A DNA stretch of 34,429 nucleotides from a virus (Duplodnaviria; Heunggongvirae; Uroviricota; Caudoviricetes): the IMG/VR virus record IMGVR_UViG_2693429554_000013, one strand, 5' to 3'. Below the pieces are notes generated by a model. It ran no database searches. It was not told where the DNA came from and saw only the letters and a list, made by a program, of their open reading frames with translations. Position 1 is the first letter of the stretch; the number at the start of each line of letters is the position of its first letter. A program made the position numbers and the translations under genes. Shown piece by piece: positions 25,609 through 34,429 of this stretch.

Positions 25609-26240
25609 AACTTCCGGAGATCCCTGAATTCCCGCTCCCCACCTGGATGAATAAAGGCGAGCCGTTAACGCTGGCACATTCATCGCATCGCTACTGGGAA
25701 AAGGTATACAGCTGGCTGACGTGGCCACTACAGCAGATTGATGTCGACACCTGCGCAGAGCCTTTACTTAACCTGCTGGCTTATCAGCGCAATATCACCC
25801 GATTTAAAGGTGAGCCGGTTTCGTTATTTCGCTTAAGAGTGAAACACGCGTTTATTAACGCTCAGGACTCTGGCGAACGCGCCGGCTTCGAACGCATCTT
25901 TAAGCGTCTTGGCGTGGGAGACGTTAAAACACTGGAACGGCAACTGCAGCATGACTGGGACGTTATTTTACTGCGCATTAATGACACCCAGTTAAGTGAA
26001 AACAACGCGCTGATGATGCAGCTCGTGCGCCAGTATGGTCGTACCTGCAGGCGCTATTTCTTTCAGGTAATCAATACAACCACTGCCCGGCTGACAGCCG
26101 GCACATTTGATGGTCATTACAGGTATCACACAGCAGAAGCAACGGTGAGAAAGGACACCATCTGGTTAACCGCTTCGCTACAGGCAGGACATTACGGCCT
26201 GTCCGTGGAGCATTACACATTACAGGCAGACGAAGCATGA
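25605..26240 (+). CDS. Tail protein I-like baseplate component
   Basis: 211 aa; GTG start overlapping previous stop with GGAGGTG RBS; precedes tail fiber. Confidence 0.5.
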   Translation: MKLPEIPEFPLPTWMNKGEPLTLAHSSHRYWEKVYSWLTWPLQQIDVDTCAEPLLNLLAYQRNITRFKGEPVSLFRLRVKHAFINAQDSGERAGFERIFKRLGVGDVKTLERQLQHDWDVILLRINDTQLSENNALMMQLVRQYGRTCRRYFFQVINTTTARLTAGTFDGHYRYHTAEATVRKDTIWLTASLQAGHYGLSVEHYTLQADEA

Positions 26241-27937
26241 GCACAATTATTACTGAACAGTACGAACACTGGTGTGCGAATCAGCTCATCAGTGGAAAAC
26301 CTGCGCGCCCGGATACATTTGTTTTTGCATATATTCCGGGACAGGATGAATCCGCAGAGATCCCCCGCGATGAGATACTCCCTGATGAATCCATGATTCA
26401 GTATCGTGCGCCGGTCACCCAGTACGGCCTCCTGTCGCCGAACGCGACCGCGTTTTCCATCATTCTGGACACGACAGTCGGCGACTTCGAATACAACTGG
26501 ATCGGTCTGCTGAACGAAGAAAGCGGCGTGCTCTGCATGATTGCACACACACCTCGTCAGCAAAAAATTAAAACAGCGAACGGCGTGCAGGGAAACAACC
26601 TGATCCGCACATTTTCCATGGAGTTTGACGGCGCGGCCGCAGCAATGCATATCGATGTCAGCGCCGATGTCTGGCAGATTGATTTCACTGCGCGCCTTGC
26701 AGGAATGGATGAGGCCCGCCGGCTGCTGGCGTTTGATCACTACGGTGAAGCCGCTTTTCTGGGGGATGGTTTTCAGGTCAGCTATCAGGATGGTACCGCT
26801 ACTGTTGCCGCCGGAGTGGGTTATGTGGGAGGTCTGCGCGTCAGTCTGCGCAAACCTTACAGCCTGCCGGCTGCGGTCGGGGATACCCTCTGGATTGATG
26901 CAAGCTGGCAGGGATTTGTTACCGGCGAATGGAATACCGTTTTTACGTTCTGCGCCCGCCAGGAACATGCGTCTTATACAGACGGTAACGGCTTCCGACA
27001 CTTTGTCGCGCCACTTGCAAAAATGACAGGAGACGGCCCACAGGACCTGCGCCCGGAGACACCCGACGAGGAACAGAGCAATGCACTGGCAGAGCACGAA
27101 AAATCCCGCCATCATCCGGATGCAACACTGAAGGAGAAAGGCTTTGCGCAGTACAGCAACTCCACCGACAGCGACGCAGAAGACCGCGCCGCCACATCAA
27201 AGGCAGTAAAAGCTGCAATGGATAAAGCAAAAGACGCTGTTGAGCGCGACGGCGACACCATGACCGGGGAGCTGAAAATCTGTGGTGTTAATGCACTGAG
27301 GATTTTCAACGAAGCTTTTGGCCTGATTTTTCGTCGCTCTGAAGAGTGCCTGCATCTTATTCCCACCCGGGAAAATCAGGGCGAAAATGGCGATATTGGT
27401 CCCCTGCGTCCGTTCACTATTAATCTGCGGACGGGTGAAATATCCATGTCGCATAAAGTGTCTGTTGGTGGCGGCTCTCAGGTGAATGGTGCGCTGGGTA
27501 TCGGCGTTCAGAACGCGCTGGGCGGAAACTCAATTGCTTTCGGGGATAACGATACCGGCCTGAAACAGAATGGTGATGGCCTGCTGGATGTTTATGCCAA
27601 TAGCGTGCATGTGTTGCGTTTTCAGAGTGGCAGCATTCAGAGCAATAAACCTGTAAACGTTACCGGGCGGGTAACACCGTCAGACTACGGAAACTTTGAT
27701 GCCCGTTACCAGACCAAAACAGGCGGCGTGCAGGATGTGCGTTATGGTTCCGAAATGTATTACAACCCGGGAGGTAACCAGATATCCTGGACATTTCGCT
27801 CACCTTCAGGCCATGGATTATCTGGTATTAATGTGCAGGAAACCGGAAGTAATTCGGCAGATAACATCGGCGGCGTGTATTACCGACCGCTTCAGAAACT
27901 GATTAACGGCACCTGGTATAACGTGACGAGTGTTTAA
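26237..27937 (+). CDS. Tail fiber protein
   Basis: 566 aa; Gly/Asn/Ser-rich C-terminal half; followed by a tail fiber assembly gene. Confidence 0.75.
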   Translation: MSTIITEQYEHWCANQLISGKPARPDTFVFAYIPGQDESAEIPRDEILPDESMIQYRAPVTQYGLLSPNATAFSIILDTTVGDFEYNWIGLLNEESGVLCMIAHTPRQQKIKTANGVQGNNLIRTFSMEFDGAAAAMHIDVSADVWQIDFTARLAGMDEARRLLAFDHYGEAAFLGDGFQVSYQDGTATVAAGVGYVGGLRVSLRKPYSLPAAVGDTLWIDASWQGFVTGEWNTVFTFCARQEHASYTDGNGFRHFVAPLAKMTGDGPQDLRPETPDEEQSNALAEHEKSRHHPDATLKEKGFAQYSNSTDSDAEDRAATSKAVKAAMDKAKDAVERDGDTMTGELKICGVNALRIFNEAFGLIFRRSEECLHLIPTRENQGENGDIGPLRPFTINLRTGEISMSHKVSVGGGSQVNGALGIGVQNALGGNSIAFGDNDTGLKQNGDGLLDVYANSVHVLRFQSGSIQSNKPVNVTGRVTPSDYGNFDARYQTKTGGVQDVRYGSEMYYNPGGNQISWTFRSPSGHGLSGINVQETGSNSADNIGGVYYRPLQKLINGTWYNVTSV

Positions 27938-27939
27938 CA

Positions 27940-28491
27940 ATGTTGCATTTAAAAAATATTACTGCGGGCAATCCGAAAACCGCAGAACAATATCAGATGA
28001 CAAAACAATATGGTGTCACCTGGCTTTTTTCGGAAGACGACAAAAACTGGCATGAAGAACAGAAGAACTTTGCCAGCGACACAATAAAAATGGTTTACAC
28101 CGGGGACGGGCGCGTGGTGTGGGTCGGTAAGGATGTGACAGGCATTGAACCCCGTAATGCCAGTGTTATTGAAGTTCCGGATATTACCGCTAATCGCCGT
28201 ATTACCGTGCCTGGTTACTGGTTTTACCGCGATGGCAATTTTATCTTCGACTACAAACTTAAAGCGGAAGATGAGCGTGATGCACTGTTAAAACAGGTCA
28301 GCATCATGACCAGCGAATGGGAAAAAGACCTGCTGCTGGGATTAATCAGCGACGAAGACAGGGAAAAACTGAAAGCCTGCCGTATTTATACAAAAACGTT
28401 ACGGGAGATGACATTCAGCCAGGTTACAGATAAAGCATCGTATGCCGCGATTGTATGGCCAGAATTACCGCAGAACATTAGCGAGAATTAA
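27940..28491 (+). CDS. Tail fiber assembly chaperone (Tfa / gpG-like)
   Basis: 183 aa; C-terminal GLISDEDREKLKACRIYTKTLREMTFSQVTDKASYAAIVWPELP resembles the conserved Tfa C-terminus. Confidence 0.7.
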   Translation: MLHLKNITAGNPKTAEQYQMTKQYGVTWLFSEDDKNWHEEQKNFASDTIKMVYTGDGRVVWVGKDVTGIEPRNASVIEVPDITANRRITVPGYWFYRDGNFIFDYKLKAEDERDALLKQVSIMTSEWEKDLLLGLISDEDREKLKACRIYTKTLREMTFSQVTDKASYAAIVWPELPQNISEN

Positions 28492-28497
28492 GAAGTA

Positions 28498-29355
28498 ATG
28501 AGCGCACTGTTGACGAAAGCATTTGAGAAATGGGTTGCTGAATGCACCGCCAGTAATTTACCGGCACGCCCTGACGCTATTGTTTTTGCACTGATGGAGA
28601 GAGAGCCTTCCAGAGATGATACGATTATTCCTCCTGAAAAAATCACGCACAGGGTAAATAACCTACATTATGGAAAACTGGATCAAAACAGCATTGTGTG
28701 TAGTGCCATTGTTGCTGATAACGAAAATTTCAACTACGACTGGATTTGCCTGGTTCATCAAGCCAGTAACACATTGTGCGGAGTTATAAGTGGTCCTGTT
28801 CGACATAAACACACAGGAGAAACTATCATCCGGAATTTCGCCATCATTTTTAGCGGACTGCCACAAATCGCTCATATTACTACTCCGCCACAAAGCTGGC
28901 AGGTAGATTTTTTTTCTGAATTAAATAACAAGGCTCCTCTGGAAAGCCCGTCGTTTTCCGGAGCGCCAACCACTCCAACACCACCAAATGATGCAGCGGG
29001 TCTTGAGATTGTTAATGCCAAATTTGTACGAATGTTGATAGCTGAGGCAATGGCTCCTCAGGAAAAACCTGCCCTCCCACCGGAAACACCAAAGCCCGCT
29101 TTGCAAATCAGCAGAGTACTGCTTCAGTCCGGGGAACAGACAAGGGGGCCTTTAACAATTAATAGAAAATTTGTTCAGTCAGGGCGCACCATCCACGAAC
29201 CGATAACCATTAACAACATACAATTACAAACCGGACGTCTGATGAGCGAGCCGGTAACAGTTAACAGGGGCTTATTTGTACCAGCATATCAAACCAATGA
29301 GCCACTGACAGTAGCTCGGGCAGTACTGCAGTTTGCGGTTTTATCTGCTGCTTAA
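28498..29355 (+). CDS. Second tail-fiber-like protein: fiber N-terminal domain with a different, repeat-containing C-terminus
   Basis: First ~150 aa align with the fiber N-terminus (PARPDAIVFA, NYDWICLV, WQVDF); Pro-rich linker then four ~14-aa repeats (GPLTIN / EPITIN / EPVTVN / EPLTVA). Confidence 0.6.
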   Translation: MSALLTKAFEKWVAECTASNLPARPDAIVFALMEREPSRDDTIIPPEKITHRVNNLHYGKLDQNSIVCSAIVADNENFNYDWICLVHQASNTLCGVISGPVRHKHTGETIIRNFAIIFSGLPQIAHITTPPQSWQVDFFSELNNKAPLESPSFSGAPTTPTPPNDAAGLEIVNAKFVRMLIAEAMAPQEKPALPPETPKPALQISRVLLQSGEQTRGPLTINRKFVQSGRTIHEPITINNIQLQTGRLMSEPVTVNRGLFVPAYQTNEPLTVARAVLQFAVLSAA

Positions 29356-29379
29356 TAGAAACTAAATAAGGGGAATATT

Positions 29380-30438
29380 TTGAATATTATTAATCTGGAA
29401 GGGTTCCGACAAATTCCGGCGAATGAGGGATTGTGCGAGAACTATTATTCAACAAATATTATTTCAGCACTGAACGAAAACGGTGTCACGCTTATCAATG
29501 ATATGTCCGGTTCTGTAACATCCGTCTGTCGTGGCACTCAGGCCGTAAATACTGTAGAAAGAACGGGGCTGATTTTTACGACACCCTCATATGTCACACT
29601 GTACAGCACACTCCCGGACTTAAAGACCTCAGCTGTACAGCTGGGATTTCGTCTGACATTAAGTGCGGGAAAGAAATATTCATCTTCGCCATCCCACATC
29701 AGGATTAATGGCTATTCATTTACAACCCCGTATCCTGATGAAGCAGCCAGTTATTACTATGAAATTTTCGCAACGCGAAACGAAAACGGCTATGTCTCAG
29801 CCAGTCTGTACTGCAACCGCTCATTAGCTGGAAATACATCGTTTTATGTATCAGATGACCGGACTGACAAAATTCAGGTGAGTATTGGTAGTGGTGACAA
29901 TATTTTTTCATCGGGTGCATCCGGCACGTTAATGCTGGGTGATATGTACTGTGGAACAGTGGCATACGGAAAAAATAACAGCGCGGAACCCGCCCTGCTT
30001 GGGGCTATTGAGGTCAGATACAGCCCGGTAACCGCATTTACCGGGGGGAGTGCGAAAAACTCGCTGGATAAAGATATCGTCACGGGACTGAACACCTCTG
30101 ACAGTGATGCCGGATACCTGATGCTCTCACCGTCCCCGGAGGCGGCACAGGTTACGTTTGGTGCGGTAGATAACAGCAATGGCGATCTAGTCGCAGTTAT
30201 GGCGGCTGTCACTTATCGCAGTGCGGACGCCCCCAATAACTGCCTGGCCTGGAGTGTAAAAAGCGGAAGCCATGAAGGAGAAACAGTTACAGAGAATGAC
30301 GTGCAGGCTGACACAAACAGCTGGACGACTGTCTCACAGAGTTTTACGACACAGCCTGACGGAGATATCCCATTTACTGAAGGAGAGATAATTTTTGCAA
30401 CGGAGTTATATAACCAACCCACAACCTCCCGACAGTAA
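29380..30438 (+). CDS. Hypothetical protein, possible distal receptor-binding partner of the second fiber
   Basis: 352 aa; TTG start with AAGGGG RBS; Ser/Thr/Gly/Asn-rich; AT-rich by eye. Confidence 0.45.
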   Translation: MNIINLEGFRQIPANEGLCENYYSTNIISALNENGVTLINDMSGSVTSVCRGTQAVNTVERTGLIFTTPSYVTLYSTLPDLKTSAVQLGFRLTLSAGKKYSSSPSHIRINGYSFTTPYPDEAASYYYEIFATRNENGYVSASLYCNRSLAGNTSFYVSDDRTDKIQVSIGSGDNIFSSGASGTLMLGDMYCGTVAYGKNNSAEPALLGAIEVRYSPVTAFTGGSAKNSLDKDIVTGLNTSDSDAGYLMLSPSPEAAQVTFGAVDNSNGDLVAVMAAVTYRSADAPNNCLAWSVKSGSHEGETVTENDVQADTNSWTTVSQSFTTQPDGDIPFTEGEIIFATELYNQPTTSRQ

Positions 30439-30470
30439 CCGCGCAAGTACCAGCAATATCTCACACACCT

Positions 30471-31220
30471 ATGAATATTCATTTGAAAGACAATAAAAAT
30501 AACCGCCCTGACTGGGCGGTCTCAATTCTGCACCCGCACCCCATAAACATCACCAGTTCAATGATTTGTTTCCACCCATGGTCAGTAAATACAGGGAATA
30601 CCACACCATCGGGACGCTACCTCAGTCCGGATAATGCAGTGTCTGCACTTTTACCGTATCTGACAGAAAATACACAAAAAGACGTCGTGGCGATGTTATT
30701 CTGCGCCCCGTCTGTTGCTGAGTTTTTATCGCTTGCCAGACAATTTTCAGGTGCATTTCCGTTGCCAGAAATAGGGAGAATGTCCCGTATGATCTCCAGC
30801 CAACTTTCGCTGACCATCAGCAGAATGCAAATCCCCGCCAGACCGGTAACATCACTTCCGGAACCGATAATGCTGTCGACACAGACCACTCGCAGCATGT
30901 CGCTGGCTGCAACCATTGCACAGGCAGCTACTCCTGCTGCCACATCACCGGAAACATTGTCATCAGAGCTGCGTCAGTTCGCGAATGCGAGAGATAAAGC
31001 TCTACAGGAAATCGCTGATCAGCAGGCCGCACTCCGGCAAAAATTTTGCCCGGTGTGGCGCTTTTGCTACAAGGGAGTCCTTAGCCAGGCCGCAGCGCTG
31101 ATACAAAAAAACATCCCACACCCCGAGTGGGTTTTTACAGCTGTGATGCTGTTCGTCGGCGATGATCTCTCATCACTAAGGGAAGCACTACATGACCCAG
31201 ATGATTGTCCTTGCGCTTGA
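30471..31220 (+). CDS. Hypothetical protein, start uncertain
   Basis: ORF-track ORF; 5' part AT-rich without SD, so true start may be the internal ATG near 30781. Confidence 0.3.
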   Translation: MNIHLKDNKNNRPDWAVSILHPHPINITSSMICFHPWSVNTGNTTPSGRYLSPDNAVSALLPYLTENTQKDVVAMLFCAPSVAEFLSLARQFSGAFPLPEIGRMSRMISSQLSLTISRMQIPARPVTSLPEPIMLSTQTTRSMSLAATIAQAATPAATSPETLSSELRQFANARDKALQEIADQQAALRQKFCPVWRFCYKGVLSQAAALIQKNIPHPEWVFTAVMLFVGDDLSSLREALHDPDDCPCA

Positions 31221-31767
31221 CGGGGAAGCCATTCTGCTGCGCAACATCACCGTCAGCGCCACCATGCAACTACCGGATAAAGATATGTCCGGACAGTCAA
31301 CCAGCACCACGAGCGCTCAGCAGGGAAACAAGGCTAAAGAGCTGCGCGTGTCGGGGGTTATTGACTTTAACGATGAAGCTATTCTGACCCGTATTTTTCA
31401 GCTTGCGGAGGCAACAGAAAGTAACGGAGCTAAAAAAACGTATCGCATTGCCAACGCTACCGCGAAGGCAATCAATATGCGACAGGGGGTATTTTCTGGT
31501 GGCATTGATGCCACGGAACAACAGGGGAAAATGCACTGGCAGGTCACCTTTACTCTCAGGGAAAAATTAAGCGTGCCGGAAAAAGCATCGGCACGCAGTG
31601 GCTCACAGAAAACAATCGCAAAGCAGCAGACACAGAACGGCAGTGAGCTGACGCCGGATAAAGGAATGAATACCCAGGAAACTTTCTGGAAAAATATCAA
31701 TGATGGTATTGGCTCCGGGCTGGACTGGATTGGCATCGGGAGCGTGAAAAAGGAAGGGAAAACATGA
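31192..31767 (+). CDS. Putative tail/baseplate protein
   Basis: 191 aa; upstream of and overlapping the large hub-like gene. Confidence 0.4.
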   Translation: MTQMIVLALDGEAILLRNITVSATMQLPDKDMSGQSTSTTSAQQGNKAKELRVSGVIDFNDEAILTRIFQLAEATESNGAKKTYRIANATAKAINMRQGVFSGGIDATEQQGKMHWQVTFTLREKLSVPEKASARSGSQKTIAKQQTQNGSELTPDKGMNTQETFWKNINDGIGSGLDWIGIGSVKKEGKT

Positions 31768-33461
31768 AATTAATACAACGCTGTATTATTAATGGCGAAC
31801 GGGTGGAAATTGCCGATATAAACCTTGTTCTTACCCTGAATGCTGCCGGTCGTGGCTTCATTTCTGTTAACAATCTGTCACCCGAACACAGCCTTGCCGG
31901 CGCAATGGTACAAATTGATCTCGGCCGTGACGGTGAAGCATGGCGCTATTTCTCCGGCTACATTGAGCGCGATCAACCTGCTGAAAATGGCTCACGTCGC
32001 CTTTTTATTCGTGAAGCGGCTGCTGTGCTGGATTTTGATTTCCCTTGCTCCATGCAACACCCGACGTTGCGGGGGGTACTCGATAATCTGGGGCGACAAA
32101 GCGGTATCGTTTTTATCACTCCGGATGCGGATTATGCCAGTATACCAACTCCCTACATCACCCACAGCGGCAGCGGAGCACAACTGCTCAGCCAACTGGG
32201 GCGAGCATTCAGTATCAGCGATTACGTCTGGCACCCTATGCCGGACGGTTCTGTATTTGTGGGAAGCGCAGCTGATTCACGATTTGCCAGTATTACAATG
32301 CCGGATATTCCGCAACAGTACACACTCGGGCAAAGCGGCGGAAACAGCATCGACATCATGTTTATGGAAACTGTGCGACCGGGCGTGAACCTACCGTCTG
32401 GGCGCATTACCCGTGTAGCCCTCAACAACGAGAAAATGACCCTGACATGGGAGCGCCTTACCGCCACGGGTAACCCTGTTTCCAAATCACCATTACGCAG
32501 ACAAATGGAAACACAGTTCCCGGAACTGGCCAGCGGTACGCTACATACCCGGCTGGCGCGCGTCATTGCGCCAACGGAGCCCACCACCCTGGGCGATGTG
32601 GCCGACAGTTTCCGCCCACGCTACGCCGTCGATGTGCAGTTGCTTGATGAGAACGGCAACGATAAAAGCGACACGCCCGTTTACCCGGCAGTACCGCTCC
32701 CCGTCCCCATGGCTGGCAGTGAGGCGGGATGTTTTGCCTACCCACCGGCAGGCACCATCGTGGAAATATCCAACATTGAAGGACGTCCGGACAAACCCGT
32801 TATCAGGCAAATCTTACCCGCTGGCCATAACCTGCCTGATGTAAAGCCCGGCGAACAGCTGCAGCAACAGCGCGCAGAAGTGTTTCAGCGCGTCACGGCT
32901 GACGGAAGCTGGCACAGAGAAACCGACCAGCAAATCAGAGAACATTCAGCCCGGCGAACCATTAACAGCGATCAGGAGGAACGCACAACAACAACCAGAA
33001 CAACCACAGTACAGGCAAACGATATAACCAGCGTTCTGGGAACCAGCAAGCTAATGGCAGGACAAATAGAGCACCTTACTACCGGCCATTACGCGATCGC
33101 AGCCAGTGAGCATATCCAGATGGTAGCGCAGGATTTGCTGACTAAACTCAAAGGGGCGACATCCACGATTGAACACGACCTTACTGAAAACGTGGGAGGC
33201 CGCAGAACATGCCGAGCGGACGGTGGCCTGGAGTTTACAGCCCCGACAGTATTTATTGGTCGCGGTGACTCACGGGAAAAATCCGGACTTAATCTGCTGA
33301 CGTTGTTGATTGATATTCTGGATCTGGTTCAGTTGCTGGCCACACACACTGCAAACCACACCCACAGCAACACCGGCGCACCAACAAACAGCAGCGAACT
33401 TGCCGCAGACGCCCAACAGGCTACGAGCCTGCGCGAAAAATACGGTGACCTTATCGCCTGA
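31764..33461 (+). CDS. Putative baseplate hub/spike protein (gpD-like)
   Basis: 565 aa; last gene of the tail operon, where P2-like phages carry D; assignment by position and size only. Confidence 0.45.
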   Translation: MKLIQRCIINGERVEIADINLVLTLNAAGRGFISVNNLSPEHSLAGAMVQIDLGRDGEAWRYFSGYIERDQPAENGSRRLFIREAAAVLDFDFPCSMQHPTLRGVLDNLGRQSGIVFITPDADYASIPTPYITHSGSGAQLLSQLGRAFSISDYVWHPMPDGSVFVGSAADSRFASITMPDIPQQYTLGQSGGNSIDIMFMETVRPGVNLPSGRITRVALNNEKMTLTWERLTATGNPVSKSPLRRQMETQFPELASGTLHTRLARVIAPTEPTTLGDVADSFRPRYAVDVQLLDENGNDKSDTPVYPAVPLPVPMAGSEAGCFAYPPAGTIVEISNIEGRPDKPVIRQILPAGHNLPDVKPGEQLQQQRAEVFQRVTADGSWHRETDQQIREHSARRTINSDQEERTTTTRTTTVQANDITSVLGTSKLMAGQIEHLTTGHYAIAASEHIQMVAQDLLTKLKGATSTIEHDLTENVGGRRTCRADGGLEFTAPTVFIGRGDSREKSGLNLLTLLIDILDLVQLLATHTANHTHSNTGAPTNSSELAADAQQATSLREKYGDLIA

Positions 33462-33497
33462 TCACCGGGCATAAAACCCCCATAAACGCCCCATCAC

Positions 33498-33526
33498 GCA
33501 ACGCACGGCTCCGGTCGTGCGTTTTC
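33498..33526 (+). terminator. Candidate terminator after the last tail gene
   Basis: AACGCACG-GCTCCGGT-CGTGCGTT hairpin followed by TTTT. Confidence 0.35.
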
Positions 33527-34005
33527 ATATCCGCCACCTGATTAATGCGTTCTGCGTGCCATTTCGGCGCTGTATGCGCACACCACGTAAACGGTGTGAC
33601 GTAAAGCGTGAGGTGACGTAAACCGCGCTACCCCCTCCAACCCGCGGGTTTTGTGTCGAAACAGTTTTTCAGTTTTCTGCCGTGCAAAAATGACCGTCAG
33701 CCCGCGCAGTAACTGAGGGAAAAGCGAAGATCTGAAATTTCACGCTTTGAAATTTTTTGCAGTTTTCAGAGGGATTTTTACGATCTCATGAATGGCAGGA
33801 GAAAGAAAACAGGCTGATATTAAAAGAGTTTTCATACTTTACGTGGGACAAGACACGATCGCGAAAGGATCGCGTTAAACAACCCTCAAACAAAGAAGCC
33901 AGACGCAGCGCGGCCTGCGCAAAATCAAGAGTCAGAATTAAACTGAAAAAAGGATCAATACCGCGCCTCGATTGCACATGACGATCTACGCAGCAACAGG
34001 ACGAA

Positions 34006-34030
34006 AAAAACCGGCGCGAACGCCGGCGGA
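34006..34030 (-). terminator. Candidate minus-strand Rho-independent terminator
   Basis: A7 followed by CCGGCG-CGAA-CGCCGG on plus strand, i.e. hairpin plus T7 on minus strand. Confidence 0.4.
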
Positions 34031-34288
34031 AGCATGTATCAAATGCGTGACTGAATAATGTCTGCGGTCGGGAATTTTATATCAGAAGGCTGAGAGGCCT
34101 CAACGGATTGAAACAAGGGAAAAAACCAGGCTAGAATTCGCGCGGGTGCCTTTCGGCTGATGGTCGGAGGGAACACCCGAAGGCCGGATGTGGAAAGGCC
34201 CCGGAAAACATTTCTGTTTAACCGAGGCCCTAACCCGTCAACCTAGCAAGTGATAGGTTAGCGCCTCTCCAACAAAGGAGCAAGCGCT

Positions 34289-34429
34289 ATGTCGCAAAAA
34301 TCGCTTACGGCCATCACGTTCTGCGTGACGGTAATCCTCATCATCTGGATGCTGCACGGTTCGCTGTGTGAAATACGGATGAGCTTCTGGGGAGCGGAGT
34401 TTGCGGCGTTCTTACAGTGTAAGCAGTAA
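34289..34429 (+). CDS. hok: Hok/Gef-family type I toxin peptide (HokA-like)
   Basis: 46 aa MSQKSLTAITFCVTVILIIWMLHGSLCEIRMSFWGAEFAAFLQCKQ; TM helix plus SLCEIR...AAF signature; SD AAAGGAG 7 bp upstream. Confidence 0.75.
   Translation: MSQKSLTAITFCVTVILIIWMLHGSLCEIRMSFWGAEFAAFLQCKQ

Larger units (their letters stand above)
1..33461. mobile_element. Integrated P2-like prophage; left boundary lies outside the window, right boundary somewhere in 33462-34288
   Basis: Integrase at one end, P2-type gene content and order (repressor, gpA, Ogr, Q/P divergent from O/N/M/L, tail genes); att sites not identifiable from one window. Confidence 0.8.

Noticed and set aside
26213-27115. 300-aa minus-strand ORF
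   Set aside because: Antisense to the tail fiber gene; Cys-rich, no RBS.
33757-33981. 74-aa basic ORF in the boundary region
   Set aside because: No RBS, Lys/Arg-rich low-complexity translation, lies in a hairpin- and repeat-rich noncoding stretch.
33462-34288. tRNA or tmRNA fragment as integration target
   Set aside because: No cloverleaf-compatible segment with a T-loop GGTTCGAATCC-like motif was seen by eye; attR cannot be placed without the attL side.
34234-34371. Possible mok-like overlapping reading frame upstream of hok
   Set aside because: The frame is open across the hok start but contains no ATG, GTG or TTG start codon, so a Mok-type coupled ORF cannot be supported from sequence.
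1-34429. CRISPR array, IS element, or defense enzyme (nuclease/ATPase/reverse transcriptase)
   Set aside because: No regularly spaced direct repeats, no transposase-like ORF with terminal inverted repeats, and no ORF with recognisable RT or nuclease-helicase motifs was seen outside the phage core genes.

Overview
The window is almost entirely one integrated P2-like (Peduovirus-type) prophage of an enterobacterial host, about 33.5 kb, ending with a host-like hok-family toxin gene. All calls are from reading the sequence and the supplied ORF track; no database search was run, and composition statements are by eye. Layout, left to right: tyrosine integrase (1-1002, minus); two small genes plus an XRE-HTH repressor (1008-2455, minus); a divergent early operon of small DNA-binding genes (2531-6374); a P2 gpA-type rolling-circle replication initiator (6381-9203); a ParM/ParR actin-type partition module with upstream palindromes (9152-10558); an AT-rich insert with an Rrf2-like regulator (10573-11231); an Ogr/Delta-type zinc-finger activator (11300-11557, minus); the P2-type head module (portal and large terminase on minus, scaffold, capsid, small terminase and head completion on plus, 11623-17878); a contractile-tail module with an embedded holin/endolysin cassette, a frameshifted chaperone, tape measure, baseplate and fiber genes (17888-33461); and a noncoding boundary region (33462-34288). 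The most interesting candidates are the repressor-operon membrane protein sharing a junction motif with the repressor, the partition module inside an integrative prophage, a repeat-dense 320-bp intergenic region (5386-5705), and an AT-rich second tail-fiber island (28498-30780).
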